Below, one piece after another: positions 39,733 to 53,627 of a DNA stretch of 64,000 bases. Location: assembly GCA_964016885.1 (NCBI GenBank), contig OZ024743.1, forward strand, positions 127,906,001 to 127,970,000. The letters are read 5' to 3'. The position numbers and the translations under genes are program-made. Origin of the DNA: Eledone cirrhosa (taxonomy: Eukaryota). The notes under the pieces were generated by a model. That model did not search any database. It was not told where the DNA came from and saw only the letters and a program-made list of their open reading frames with translations. Positions within the stretch are counted from its first letter, which is position 1. Every line of letters begins with the position of its first letter.

Positions 39733-42460
39733 CATCATCATCATCATCGTTTAATGTCTATCTTCCACACTAGCATGGGTTTAGACGGGAATTGTCCCAC
39801 TTGAGGCAAGATTGGTCGGGATACCGTGTCTCGCTCGTATAGGACTGTCTGGCAGGTTTTCTATGGCTGGATGCCCTTCCTAACACCAACCACGTTTACA
39901 GTGTGGACTGGGAGGTTTTTACTGTGTTATCTACACGGCCACATTACAGCGTGGACTGTGTGTTTTTTTGTCGTGACACCTACACAACCTCATTTATTTT
40001 GGACTGGATGTTGTGGTACCAGCATAACTTTACAGAGAGAGAGTGGTGTTGGTTGGAGTGGGGGATGGAGTAGGGGTAGTGGGATGGGGTGTTATATTTA
40101 GTTAAGAGCTGCCTACTGACTATAGGTTTCGCTATGTACATAAGCAAGGTGGGTCTTCTGTATTACTGCATAGCGCCAAAGTAGTCGGTCCAGTGGCATT
40201 GTCTTAGAGAGGTGTAAGTGTGTAAGGTCAGAATTTATCAAATCAACCCAGGTTTTTCTGGGTCTACCTACTCCGTAACTTCCATCAATTTTTATCGCCC
40301 TGCACTTTTTTATACAGCTGTCGTCTTTCATGCGCATCACGTGGGCATACCAACGTGATCCCTCTTATTCCTAATTTCTCACTTAGTTCATTTATGCTTT
40401 GCCGTTCGCGTATATTACTATTACACATCCAATGGAGCATGCATGATTCATTCTTCTCCAGTCTGCGCAGGTCCTCTGCACACAATGCCCATGTCTCACT
40501 GCCATGTAGCATTGTTGTTCGTATGCAGGCATCATACAATCTGCCTTTCATTTTTAGAGAGAAACCCGTTCTGACTCTGGCTACTGTACTTTCAGAGCAC
40601 CCTCCACCACTGATGATCTTGTCACCCAGGTAACGGAAGGTGTCCACTATTTCTATAGAACCATCTGGGCAATAGAAGGAGCTAGTATCCTGGGCACTTG
40701 CTACTTGTTGCACCTGAGCCTCGGCCACATATAAAATCTACGTTCTTAGATAGCTTACGTGTGATCCCACTACATCTTTTATGTACACATAGTTTGCATT
40801 TGGGACGTAAAATGGAATTTCTGCCTACTCCTTTCCTACACACTGAACATGGCCATTTCCCAGAGGGGACCTGTGCCCTATTTTCCTTTCTACATACTAA
40901 AACTTTAGTCTTAGACAAGTTAACTTTAAGGCCTTTTGATTCTAGGCCATCCTTCCATGTTTGGAATTTCTTCTCTAGTTCAGCCATCGATTCAGCTATG
41001 AGAATTAGAATATCAGCGTATAGAAGTTCCCATGGGCAGCTGGTCTTGAACTCCTCTGTTATAGCCTGAAGGGCAATAATAAATAGGAGGGGGCTAAGAA
41101 CAGAGCCTTGATGAACACTATATTCGTTGTTAATTCTAACCTTGCTGACTGTTTCTTTATACATGGCTTGTATAGCTCTCACAAGCCATTCATAAACACC
41201 TAGTTTTCTAAGAGCCCACCAGATAATGGAGCGGGGGACTCTGTCAAAGGCTTTCTCCAAATCAACAAAAGCTAAGTAGAGGGGTTTCCTTTTAGCTAGC
41301 TACTTCTCCTGTAGTTGTTGTACAAGGAAAAGAGTGTCTGTGGTACTTTTACCTGACACAAACCCAAACTGTATTTCATCTAGATCAATTCGCTCTCTGA
41401 TTAGTTGCGCTATAACTCTTTCTGTGACCTTCATGACCTGGTTGACTAATTTAATGCCTCTGTAGTTTCCCCTATCTAGAGTATCTCCTTTACTCTTGTA
41501 GCAGTTAATGATGATGCTGCTACGCCAGTTCTTTGGTACGACCCCATTCTGTATGACTTGGTTTACTATCCGGGTGACCATAGTGTGTCCCACCATTCCA
41601 GATGCTTTCAGCATTTCAACAACTATCTCTGAAGGTCCAGCTGCCTTGCCTGTCTTCATATCTTTGATTGCCTTACTTATTATACTACCTTTATCTTGCA
41701 CTGCTGGTCCCGCTATTGGATCGATTTGGGGCAGACTATCTTTTTCCCATTTAATCTCCTCATTTAGTAGTCTCTCGCAGTGACACTTCCAAGCTACCTT
41801 CTTATCAGCATCAGTGATGGCAAGTACACCATCTTCATTACGGACACACTTCTCTCCGACAATATCACTGTTTTCCTTGACACATTGTCTTGCAATCCTG
41901 AACACCTCACGTTTTTGGTCCTCGCATTGTAGAACATGCTTGAACTTTCTTTCCTTTGCTTCCCTTCTTGCAAAGTACACTTGTCTCCTAGCTTCTCTCC
42001 TGGCCACTAAATTTGTTATTGGTTGTGGAGTCATTTAACTTCCATAATCTTCTCCAGGTTGTTCTGTATCACTGAGTTTGTCTAACCCTAACAATATGGT
42101 CGCTATACTAGGTTATGTTGGCAGGTGCATTCTTCACCAGGGAGGGACTTTTTGTGTATAACAGTCACAGGTGATCAAGTGATTGTCTGGTTTTTTTAAA
42201 GTTTGTGTTACAGATAGAGAAATCATTGGCATCGCAGATTTCCAGAAGTCTGGGACCTTCCACATTTCTAGCACCGAATTCATGGATCCCTTTGAGGCCA
42301 TCATAGTATTGTCCAACATGCCTATTAAAGTTGCCTGCAATGATTATGAAGTCACTGTTGCTTATTTGGAAGTAGTTTGCGTTAGGGATTCGTAGAACCT
42401 GTCTTTTAATCCTGATTGAGGTGCGTATGCAGATATAGTTGTCACAGTTATTCTATTTAA
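39733..42460 (-). mobile_element. RTE LINE (APE remnant plus RT), frameshifted
   Basis: NYRGIKLV, EKAFDRVP, HQGSVLSPLLF, MLHGSETW, GRPRKTW; (ATG)n tail. Confidence 0.92.
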
Positions 42461-42969
42461 TATGTTTGTTGTTTACTCTATTGATTATTTTCAAAATGCT
42501 TGAAAATTATAGGCAGCTTCTTTCATTAGATATATAGTGATGAATTGGTTAAATGTGGAGTGGAGTTTTATCTCCGTTGTAGACACCACGGATCCATAAA
42601 ATAATCACCAGTAATGCACTGGGTTAATTGCTGTCCTTGTGCCAAAAGTAGAAACAATTATTTATAATATATATCTTCTTCTTCTTTGCTCACTTATTCC
42701 CAGAGGGATCGTGGGGGCAGAGTCCTCAAAAACTCCTCCCATTGGGTCCTGTCAGAAGCAACTATCTCCAAGAGATTTTAGACAACTGAAAAACCACATA
42801 TGGTGAGAGAAATGAAAACAGACGGGGGTTCTCTACCCCTTGTAATTGAAAACAACCCCCTTTTTGTGTTTTCTTCTCTATATACTATATTATGAAGAGC
42901 CCGGTACTTATTCCTTGAACTCATTAAATTAATACGAGTCTTTAACTCTGTTTTTTCATTTGATATATG

Positions 42970-43136
<167 letters not shown>

Positions 43137-43547
43137 TGTGTGTGTGTGTGTGTGTTTATATATACATATATAGGTATATCTGGTTTAGAATAGGGACACT
43201 GTATCCTTGCATGTCATAAAAAGTGACTAAAAGGGTTAATGTAAAACATTGCCTCAAAATTCTGTCCAACCCATCCCAGCATGGAAAAGTTGACATACAA
43301 ATGATGATGATGACAATGAAAGATGATTCTATCAATCTTTCTATCTATCCATCATATATCTATATATCTATATATATGTGTATATATATTTATATATTTA
43401 TATATATATATATATATATATACTCACACACACACACACTGAAGCACATATTTATACACATATACAGGAATAAACATATACATATATATATGCTCACACA
43501 CACACACACTGAAGCACATGTGTCTACACATATACAAGAATATATAC

Positions 43548-43614
<67 letters not shown>

Positions 43615-43620
<6 letters not shown>

Positions 43621-44185
43621 TATGTACACGTACATACATATATGTATACAGACGTATGTATATATATAGATATATACATACATGCACACACATATATATG
43701 TACGTATGGATTCACCGAACATTTATTATAATGCTCGGTGTGTTTGTAAACAAACATCCCGTATTAAGTCGTAGTGTCCAGCAACCATCGTTGCTCGTTT
43801 GTTCAACGCTGACAAAAGAACGCTGTACTAGTTTCAAGCTTATTAGCTATCGTCAGCAACGTATACCTTCCTGCCAGATTGTTGAACGTATATACTTACC
43901 TTATGCATATTAACAGATGAGAAGCCCAATTTGCATATCGAGTGGGTTAATCGGCCGGGTGCACCGAAAACGATAAACGGATTAAATGAAACGAAATTTC
44001 ATTTCCCACTCTTAGTACGGCTGTTACTTAAATATAAGTATGTATACGTACATACAAATATGTATACAGACGCACAGTAGTATGTATATATATATACATA
44101 CATGCACACATATATATATGTACGTATTTAAGTAACAGTCGTACTAAGAGTGGGAAATGAAATTTCGTTTCATTTTTTCCGTTTA
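43615..44185 (-). mobile_element. Retrozyme-like element, copy 2 (~1.2 tandem units of ~420 nt, plus inverted segment 44126-44185)
   Basis: 43617-43706 repeats at ~44035-44126; homologous to 25338-25870. Confidence 0.8.
43821..43861 (-). ncRNA. Minimal type I hammerhead
   Basis: CGTTG-CTGACGA-tAGCT-aata-AGCTt-GAAA-CTAG-TA-CAGCG. Confidence 0.85.
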
Positions 44186-44231
44186 TATATATATATATAC
44201 ATATATACATTATATTCACTATCTCTGTCTC

Positions 44232-44343
<112 letters not shown>

Positions 44344-45179
44344 TATAATATATTCACAATTTTCTGGCTCCTTGAATCAATATGCAGCATGACTGCACCA
44401 CAAATGTATGAGGGAATTGTTGCTTGTTGATGCAACAACAAAATAAATCCACTTGAAATACTCTTCTTTATTTGTTTTTCCTCGAAAAAGAAAGTTAATT
44501 CACGTCACTCGATTCTCCTCCTCACTTTTTTGTCACTCTTACTGTTAACTACCACTTCCATACAAAACCTTGACGCCCCACACTAACAACTATACGCAGT
44601 CCTTCATCTGTAAAAATCCAAGGTGTACCCAACAACATTTTTGGCTAATTTGAAATGTAATGTAATGTAAGTTATACACTTTAATTAACACAGTTTTAGA
44701 CTCACTGTAAACAGTACACAAATTGTTTGTACTGATTTTAAGATGGTCGGATGTTATTTAACCCTTTTCTTACCATATTTCTAATGAAAGACGCTATCTA
44801 TATCAGAGGTTCTCAAAGTGGGCGCTACCCCCACCCCCCATTGAGAAGGTCCAGGGGGTGCTGGGGTCTGAGGGGGCAGTGGTAGTAGAGATGATATAAT
44901 CATATATTAAATATCAAATGATACATATTATATATACATTTAGTAAAATAAAAAATGTATAATATTTATTTATACATAGTATATATTATAGTATTTATTT
45001 TATATGAATCAACGATTTTATTTATTATATATTATTTACAATTTGCGTGTAGTCAGGTCTGTCTGGAAATATGGTTGGGGGTCGCTGAAAGTATTACATG
45101 GCTATATGTATCAATTAATTGTGAAAATCATCAAAAATTTTGAGTGATTTATTAATGTAATGAATGTCGGACAACCTGC

Positions 45180-45345
45180 TTTGTGGCATATTGGTACAGT
45201 CTTTTATGTTCCGAGTTTCAATCCCACCATGGTTAGCTTAGCCTTCATCCTTACAGGGTCAATAAATACCAGTAACACACTGGGATCGATTTAATCGATT
45301 TTTTCCTTCCCTTCAAATTGCTGGCCCCGCTTAGAAACAATTATT
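45180..45345 (+). mobile_element. SINE family A, diverged
   Basis: GCCTTCATCCTTACAGGGTCAATAAATACC core. Confidence 0.65.
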
Positions 45346-45521
45346 ATGTTAATGTTTGGGACATAAGTTAACAAAACGTTCTTATGATAGAAGGTTTAAA
45401 CAATTCAGAATAGACGGTTTTGTATCATGGAACTAAGGACAGTATCAGGTAAGTTGATATCAAAAGGGTTGAAGTCACTCTATGACACTCTCCAGCGGCT
45501 ACTCCACAGACATACTGTCTT

Positions 45522-45748
45522 CTCCCTCTGTCTCTCTTACCACTACTACAATGGTCACTACTGGTTGGTCTCATGCCACCTCCAGACCAGCCTCTGGTCC
45601 ACAGATGTACCATCACCTCCCTCTGTCTCTTACCACTACTACAATGGTCACTACTGGTTGGTCTCATGCCACCTCCAGACCAGCCTCTGGTCCACAGATG
45701 TACCATCACCTCCCTCTGTCTCTCTTACCACTACTACAATGGTCACTA
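45522..45748. repeat. ~94-bp tandem repeat, ~2.4 copies
   Basis: CTCCCTCTGTCTCT(CT)TACCACTACTACAATGGTCACTA recurs three times. Confidence 0.9.
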
Positions 45749-46211
45749 TTCCTGTGAACTGGCTAGTTCCATTCAACCTCTATTCAGGCACTCTGGACTC
45801 ACACGTCTCTCCTTCTCCTCCTCATCCTCCACCTCCTCCTCCTCCTCATATCACCCCAGTTGCCAGAAAATCGATGGTGTACCAGTATTCAGTTTTAACT
45901 GTTACACTGAGGAGACCTTAATTAGTTAAATTCCAGAGCAATTGGATTTCTTTCTTAATCTAAGATGTATGGTTTACCTGACACTCTAATCTATTGAAAG
46001 AAACTTCACTTATTTTCCTTTCGTATGATGCGGTGAATATAATTGTTTGTTACAGCTTGTTTCACAATTGAAATAAACCACAAAATTGGAATAACATTCG
46101 TTCTTGCAAGAGATACATAGTGAGATAGTGAGATAGTGAGACAGGTACATACAGATACAGAAATACATAGATAGTAAGACGGGAAGGTAGATAACTATAT
46201 ATAACTATATA

Positions 46212-46266
<55 letters not shown>

Positions 46267-46300
46267 ATATAACTATATATATATATATATATATATATAG

Positions 46301-46379
<79 letters not shown>

Positions 46380-46406
46380 TACATATATATATAGAGAGAG
46401 AGAGAG

Positions 46407-46455
<49 letters not shown>

Positions 46456-46466
46456 GATAGAGATAG

Positions 46467-46521
<55 letters not shown>

Positions 46522-46529
46522 GAGAAATT

Positions 46530-48475
46530 CAGACGGATCCCTGCCGCGGCCTCCGTGCCTGTAGATCTTGTCTCGAACTGGTAGAGCTCCTCGGTAGCAC
46601 TGCCAGGCCAGGGACCCCTGGAAGTTGTCCATAGGTCCCGGGCGGAAAGTCCTACCAAACAGACTGGTGAGCTCGTCGTCTTCGACGCCCAGAGTCTCTC
46701 CGAGCACGTTGTCGCCCTTGTAACGTACAATCCCTCTATAGAATGTCGAAGTGGAGTCTCCACTGATTGCTGTGTCCGCTTGACAGAGGACTGTGAGCGC
46801 CTGAGCACATTCAATGTGCCAGGCGCCCATCTTCTTCGGTCTCCGCTTGACCCAGGACTGCAGCTCCGTCAGCGAGACAAGTTGCGGGAAGGCCTGTCTC
46901 ACAAACGGTGCCCACACCGGTTGGTCGGTGAGGAATACCTGGAAATGCCGTAGCCTCAGCGCGTGTTTGCGCATCATCAGCCACGACATTCCTAGCCCTC
47001 CGTGTGAAGGGTGCTGACGGCAGACGGATCTCATCACCAGTGGAGCCTGCTTTTTCCAAGGGATCTGGAAGAGAATGCGTTCCATCTTGGTGAGGTATTC
47101 ACGGGGACAAGGCACGACGGTCAAGCGGTAGTAGATGACGGACGCTCTGAAAGTGTTCGCCACCTCCACTCGACCTTTCAAGGATAGTTTTCACTCTGCC
47201 CACTTCTGGGTGAGCACAAATACCTTGGCTGTGACCTCGTTCCAGTTTTTCTCCACTTGGCGGTCCGGACCGAACCAGACCCCGAGCAATTTCACCGGTC
47301 CTTCCATTCAGCGTCCGACGACGCTGTCAGACGGCATCGGTTTGCCTCTCCACGTTCCGAGTTGCAAACCGACAGACTTGTCCGGGTTCAGTTTTGTTCC
47401 TGTGAGCCTTTCGTATTCCTGCAGTAAGTTGCCGATCGCCCCGATTTCCGAGATTTTTGACACCATTACTGCCATGTCGTCTTTCCGCAGTCCCGGTTCC
47501 AACGGGATGTCCTGCAGAACTCCAGCTTCTGCAGTAGTGGCTTTAGAGTCAATACGTATAGAATGGAGGAGAGAGCGCATCCCTGTCGAATGGGACGCGT
47601 GATTGCGAACGGTTCCAATAGGTAGCCGTTCACCTTGACCGTCGAGCAGATGGTGTGCATTGCTGTGATCCAGCCTCTGAAGACGGGCTCGAAACCGGCC
47701 GCCTTGAGAACCGCTTCCAAGTATCGATGGTCGACCCTATCGAATGCCTTAGACTGATGTAAATTGATAAGAGCCCCACCGAAGCCGGGTTTACACCTCA
47801 CCCTCTCTATGATGTATCACATGAGGTGGAGGTTGTCGTGTATGGACCTGGTTGGAATTGCACACGTTTGAGCTTTTCCCACCAGGTTCTCGACGACAAG
47901 CGCCAGCCTCGTTGCTAACACCTTGGCCAAAATATTTAACTCTGTGTTTAGGAGAATTATGGGCCTAAAGTTGCTTAGTTCGTCCCCCTTGTTCTCGTCT
48001 TTCCTGATCAGCGTTACTACGCCCCTGCCTAGAGAACTGGGAATCCTCCCGTTCTGCTGCCAGTTGCAGTAGACGGCTTCGAGGACGCCAGGGAACAAGT
48101 CCGGCATGTCTATGTAAAACTCATAGGGTAGACCATCTAGACCGGGTGATTTGCGTTTCCCGCAGCGTTTTCTAGAGGACGTTATCTACTCCTGACCACG
48201 CAGCCTTCGTGTTTCACATCGAAGAACTGGTCTAGTCCCGTTCTCGTTGCTAGCACTCTAGCTGCGTTGCCACTCTTAAGCACCTCCTTTACCTTGGCTA
48301 CTAGTTCTCTTTCTGTCTTGGTTTTCTCTAAGGGTAGTTCTTTGCTAAAAGCTATCGGCTCTACTTGAGAGAGTACCACCATGTATTGTTGACGATGGCT
48401 CCCGTCAACTGTTGCTTAACTAATCTACTTATCCGTCTACTGTAGGCTATACGCGTCGATAACGACATGTTCAGA
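46530..48475 (-). mobile_element. L1/Tx1-clade LINE ORF2 remnant
   Basis: GVVTLIRKDENKG..NFRPIILLNTE, QTCAIPTRSIHDNL, SKAFDRVDH, IRQGCALS, GGLGM; frameshifted. Confidence 0.88.
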
Positions 48476-48561
48476 TAAAGGGATAGATAGAAAGAAAGAG
48501 AAATACATGGTTAGAAAGATAAAGAGCCAAGTAAGTAGGCAGACATATATATATATATATA

Positions 48562-50673
48562 TTTAACGAAGGGTATTGATAATATTTTTTAGATGGGATT
48601 AACACGGTTATTAGATGAAATAGCAAGAATGGCCGTTTTACTTCATATATAAAGGTTTACTTCACTTGAGTCAAAAAGAACAATAAAGTTACCATGAGTT
48701 GCGAAGGTTGACAATGTTATTTTTGTTGTTGATTCATGAGGCTGTTGTAGTCTGAGGCCATAGTGAGTGAGAGAGAGTAATGGTCTGTATACCTCTGAAC
48801 GGTCTGTAGTTGACTGTAGACCACTGTGGCCTGTAGATAGCGGTTAATCTTTCACATAGCTTATAATAGCGTACTGCTCCGATCGCTCTGTATGCCTGTA
48901 GACCTCTTGGGCCTGTAGATAGCGGTGAATCTTTCACATAGCTGGTCTGTATCGTTGTACTCCGATCTCTCTGTATATAAGGTGGGAAAATATAGGCTTT
49001 ATATACCTGTCGCTTTCTGTCTCCCACCTTGAGGGGATAGCCCATGCATGAACCTGTTCACACCAAAAAGGGTGGTGACCTAGAGTTTGACCTTTAGGTG
49101 TCGCCCAAGGTTCAAGACGTGTACAGATTTCGCTACATTAGTTCCCTACCCAGATCGATGCAGGAGCAGCGATCGATTATAAAAGGGGTAGCGAAATCTG
49201 ATTCTAGAAGCGTGTTCCAAAACACAAAATGTGGGTACTGCGCCCGCATTTCAAGTGTAGAGAAATTTGGAGAGAGAAAAAAAATATTCTATAACTGTGT
49301 ATGCATGTGTGTGTGTAACATTTAGAAGAGACTGTAAATATACAAAGTTATGATCATGTATTTCGAACTGTTGTGTATGGATGGATGGATGTTGAGGTTA
49401 CGGTATCCGATTACGATATGATAACACAGAGGACTATTTCTCTCGATGTATCATCATACGTAAGATTCTCTTCCAGTGAGTCGAGGTTTACGCTATGACA
49501 TCAGTGTGTGCAATTTTGAGTTGCGTGCCTAAGTGAGTCCAGGCTAGTAGTACCCGTGGGTGAGTTTCTCGTGTGTTTAATAGCTGTTGCCGTACCTCGA
49601 CCAGTTGAAAAGTGATCTCGCTGAGACCCAACCGAATCCAGAATATACCATAGACAAAAACATGGTGTGTGACAAAGAAAATGATTTGTGTTTGATGCAA
49701 AATGTGTATGTTGATACAGGCATATAATATAGTGAAACAAATAAAAAAAATAAAAAAATGAACGTTCATATATAACCTGTAAAAGAAATTAAAAGAAAAT
49801 ATTTATATAATTGTTCTTTACAAAAAGTTCAGTTTTCTCTTGTTTATGTGATCGTTTTCTTACTAGGAAGCTAGTAGTATTGTCTGTTGTTGAGATTACG
49901 AAGCAAGTGGTGAAGTGTTTGGTAATAAATCGAAAAATCAAAACGAAGTTACAGTAAATATTCCGTAGAATGGAAGTTTGTGGTGAATAATAAGTTTTAT
50001 CATATCGTAGAAAAAAGGTTGCGTGTTGTTTTCTTTTTTTTTTAATACCACTTCATTTTTTTGTTGTTTTTTTAAATCACGTCGGGTTCACAAATTTAAC
50101 GAAGGGTATTGATAATATTTGTTAGATGGCATTAACACGGTTATTAGATAAGATAACAATAATGGCCGTTTTACTTCATATATAAAGGTTTACTTCACTT
50201 GAGTCAAAAAGAACAATAGACAAGTTACCATGAGTTGCGAAGGCTGACAATGTTATTTTTGTTGTTGATTCATGAGGCTGTTGTAGTCTGAGGCCATAGT
50301 GAGTGAGAGAGAGTAATGGTCTGTATACCTCTGAATGGTCTGTAGTTGACTGTAGACCACTGTGGCCTGTAGATAGCGGTTAATTTTTCACATAGCTTGT
50401 AATAGCGTACTGCTCCGATCGCTCTGTATGTCTGTAGACCTCTTGGGCCTGAAGGTAGCGGTGAATCTTTCACATAGCTAGTCTGTATCGAGGTGCTCCG
50501 GTCTCTCTGTATGTAAGGTAGGAAAATATAGGCTTTATATACCTGTCGCTTTCTGTCTCCCACCTTGAGGGGATAGCCCATGCATTAACCTGTTCACACC
50601 AAAAAGGGTGGTGACCTAGAGTTTGACCTTTAGGTGTCACCCAAGATTCAAGGCGTGGACAGATTTCGCTACA
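48562..50673 (-). mobile_element. Non-autonomous LTR retroelement: LTRs 50095-50673 and 48562-49137, ~960-bp non-coding interior
   Basis: LTRs start TGTAGCGAAATC; PBS 50075-50093 is ~17/19 complementary to the tRNA-Trp 3' end; PPT-like GGGTAGGGAA before the 3' LTR; (TA)n flanks. Confidence 0.88.
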
Positions 50674-50682
50674 TATATATAT

Positions 50683-51024
50683 GGAGGCACATGGCTTAGT
50701 GGTTAGAGCATTGGCCTTGCAATCGAAAGGTTGTGAGTTCAATTCTCAGATTGGGTGATGTGTTGTTTCCTTGAGCAAGGCACTTTATTTCACATTGCTC
50801 CAGTTTACTCATTGTAGAAATGAAATGATAGGGACTGGGACTGGGGTCCCTATCATTCCACTGCAAAGTGGTCGTGGAGGTGCCACGGCAAAAAAGCACC
50901 CAGCACTCACTGTAAATGAGGTTGGTGTTAGTAAGGGCATCCAGCTGTAGAAATGAAGCCAGAATCAGTTCCCGTCCCACCCTTGCAAGCAGGGAAAAGC
51001 GGACGTAAAATGAAATGATGATGA
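50683..51024 (+). mobile_element. SINE family B
   Basis: Near-identical to the other copies. Confidence 0.9.
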
Positions 51025-51032
51025 AATTATAT

Positions 51033-51289
<257 letters not shown>

Positions 51290-51619
51290 TGTCAAATAAG
51301 TAGACAGATAGAAAGAGATAGATGGGGAGGTAGCGAGAGAGGAAGAGTAAAGATAAAAATAGCAATACTGTGAGAGAGAGGGGGTGGAAGAGTGTAGGTA
51401 AAGCGTAAAGCCATACCGTGAGAGGGAGAGATAGATAGAGAGAGGGGGGCGAGGGAAATAGAAGTATAGGTAAAAAACATGAAGCCATTCTGTGAGTCAT
51501 AGCATCATTGAAGAGCTATGTGATATGGTAATATGTTAATCGACATTTCCAGGGCATTCTCAGACAGTTTTTCTCTTGCTCATAGAATTCATAAATCTTT
51601 TACCTAACGAAGTTATTGA

Positions 51620-52345
51620 GACACAACTGGCAGATAAAAACATATTACATCTCTCAGTAAAACAGTAATTATCCCTCTTGCTTGAAACCTATAATCAAAC
51701 GACGCTATTTTTCACAAATCCAGACAATTAATTGGCAGATAAAAACATCATATTACATATCTCAATAAAACAGTAATTAACCATCTTGTTTGAAACATGT
51801 AGTCAGCCACGCTATTGTTCACAAATTTAGACAAATAACTGGCAGTTAAAAATAATACATATATCTGTAGAACAGTAATTATCTTTCCTGTTTGAAACAT
51901 GTAGTCAAGGATGCTATTGTTCACAAATTGAGACAAATAACTGGCAGATAAAAATATTACATATCTCTGTAGAACAGTAACTATCTTTCCTGTTTGAAAC
52001 ATGTAGTCAACGACGCTATTGTTCACAAATTGAGACAAATAACTGGCAGATAAAAATATTACATATCTCTGTAGAACAGTAATTATCTTTCCTGTTTGAA
52101 ACATGTAGTCAACGACGCTATTGTTCACAAATTGAGACAAATAACTGGCAGATAAAAATATTACATATCTCTGTAGAACAGTAATTATCTTTCCTGTTTG
52201 AAACCTGTAGTCAACGACGCTATTGTTCACAAATTGAGACAAATAACTGGCAGATAAAAATATTACATATCTCTGTAGAACAGTAATTATACTTCCTGTT
52301 TGAAACCTGTAGTCAACGACGCTATTGTTCACAAATTGAGACAAA
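51620..52345. repeat. 102-bp tandem repeat, ~7 copies
   Basis: 34-aa periodicity in ORF 51748-52344. Confidence 0.95.
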
Positions 52346-53201
52346 CACTTTTGACGTTATCCATTATTGTTGGAAACCTGCAGTTTTCTATATGACTTGC
52401 TTTATAATGTGTCAGAAAGGGTTCATACATAAGTATACTGATAATGTCACGGGTAGGGTACATGGGTCTATACTTATATTGTCCCAGGTAACGTACATAG
52501 GTATATTGATAGTGTCACTATGATAAAAGGGGGTATATGTGTGATATTGTTCATAATTATTAGATATTTGTGTATGTGTATGCCCGTGTACATGTGTGTG
52601 AATGTGTACACGTGTATGTAAGTGAGCATATATGTATGTAGTACGTGTGTGTATGTGGACCTGTTTGTATGTGTGGGTATACAATCGTGTGTGTATGTGA
52701 CCTTTTAGAAATACACAAAAGTTATACTCCAGTTAGTATTTATTAGACAGCTGTCTTCAGTTGGTTATATTTCTGCAATTCGTAATTTCAACATCATCCT
52801 ACTTTTTGATTAAAAAAAAGATAGTCAAAGTCTGTCCCAGGCCCACAAGCTCATTGGGTCGTAACTATTCCCGATTCCATAGGTGTTATGTGGGGGTTAG
52901 GGAACCAGAAGTGCAGGGTCTTGCCAGAAGTGAAGGGGCAGTGATGTCACATCGGAGGTACGGACCGGCTATCTCACTTGGTCCATGTGCCACGGCAGAG
53001 TGGGGGCGTTTTGAGATGACTTGTGCGAAGGAGTGTACAAGTTTTGCTATGTTCACTGGCCAGACGTGAAACATGTGAGCATCACGCAGGGAGATTCAGT
53101 TCGGACACGAGTGGAGAGGCAAAGGTAGTTCCCTTCGATTTTTATGACAAGCTATTTAGACAGCATTTTCTCTTCTTTTTTTAATTATTATTTACTTTCT
53201 C

Positions 53202-53606
53202 AGGGCGGTGGATTGGAAGTACCGGTAGAGGGTCGAACGCCATGCTTTTCAGCGCAGAGTTACATTCCTTTATGATCTGAGTTCAAATCCCGCCGAGGTT
53301 AGCTTTGCCTTTCATCCTTACGGGGTCCATGAAATAAAGTACCAGTCACGCACTGGGGTCGATTTAATCGACTTTCCCCTCCCTCAAAATTGCTGGCCTT
53401 GTGCCTATATAAGAAACCATTATTATATCGGTAGAGGGTCGGACATGCTTTCCAGCATAGTTACGTCACTTTACGTCCCTTTACGATCTGAGTTCAAATC
53501 CCGCTGAGGTTAACTTTGCCTTTCATCCTCACGGGGTCGATAAAATAAAGTACCAGTAATGTACTCGGATAATCGCTGGACTTGTGCCAAAAGTAGAAAC
53601 AATTAT
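53202..53606 (+). mobile_element. Head-to-tail SINE family A dimer with a single TSD
   Basis: TTTACTTTCTC flanks both sides of the pair. Confidence 0.8.
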
Positions 53607-53627
53607 TTACTTTCTCCGACTCTCAGA

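Noticed and set aside
48734-49045. Duplicated 103-aa ORF (also 50270-50581)
   Set aside because: Lies inside the LTRs and has no recognisable protein motif.
52884-53160. Possible 5' LTR of the Gypsy remnant
   Set aside because: Starts TGTTA, but no second LTR or clear PBS in the window.
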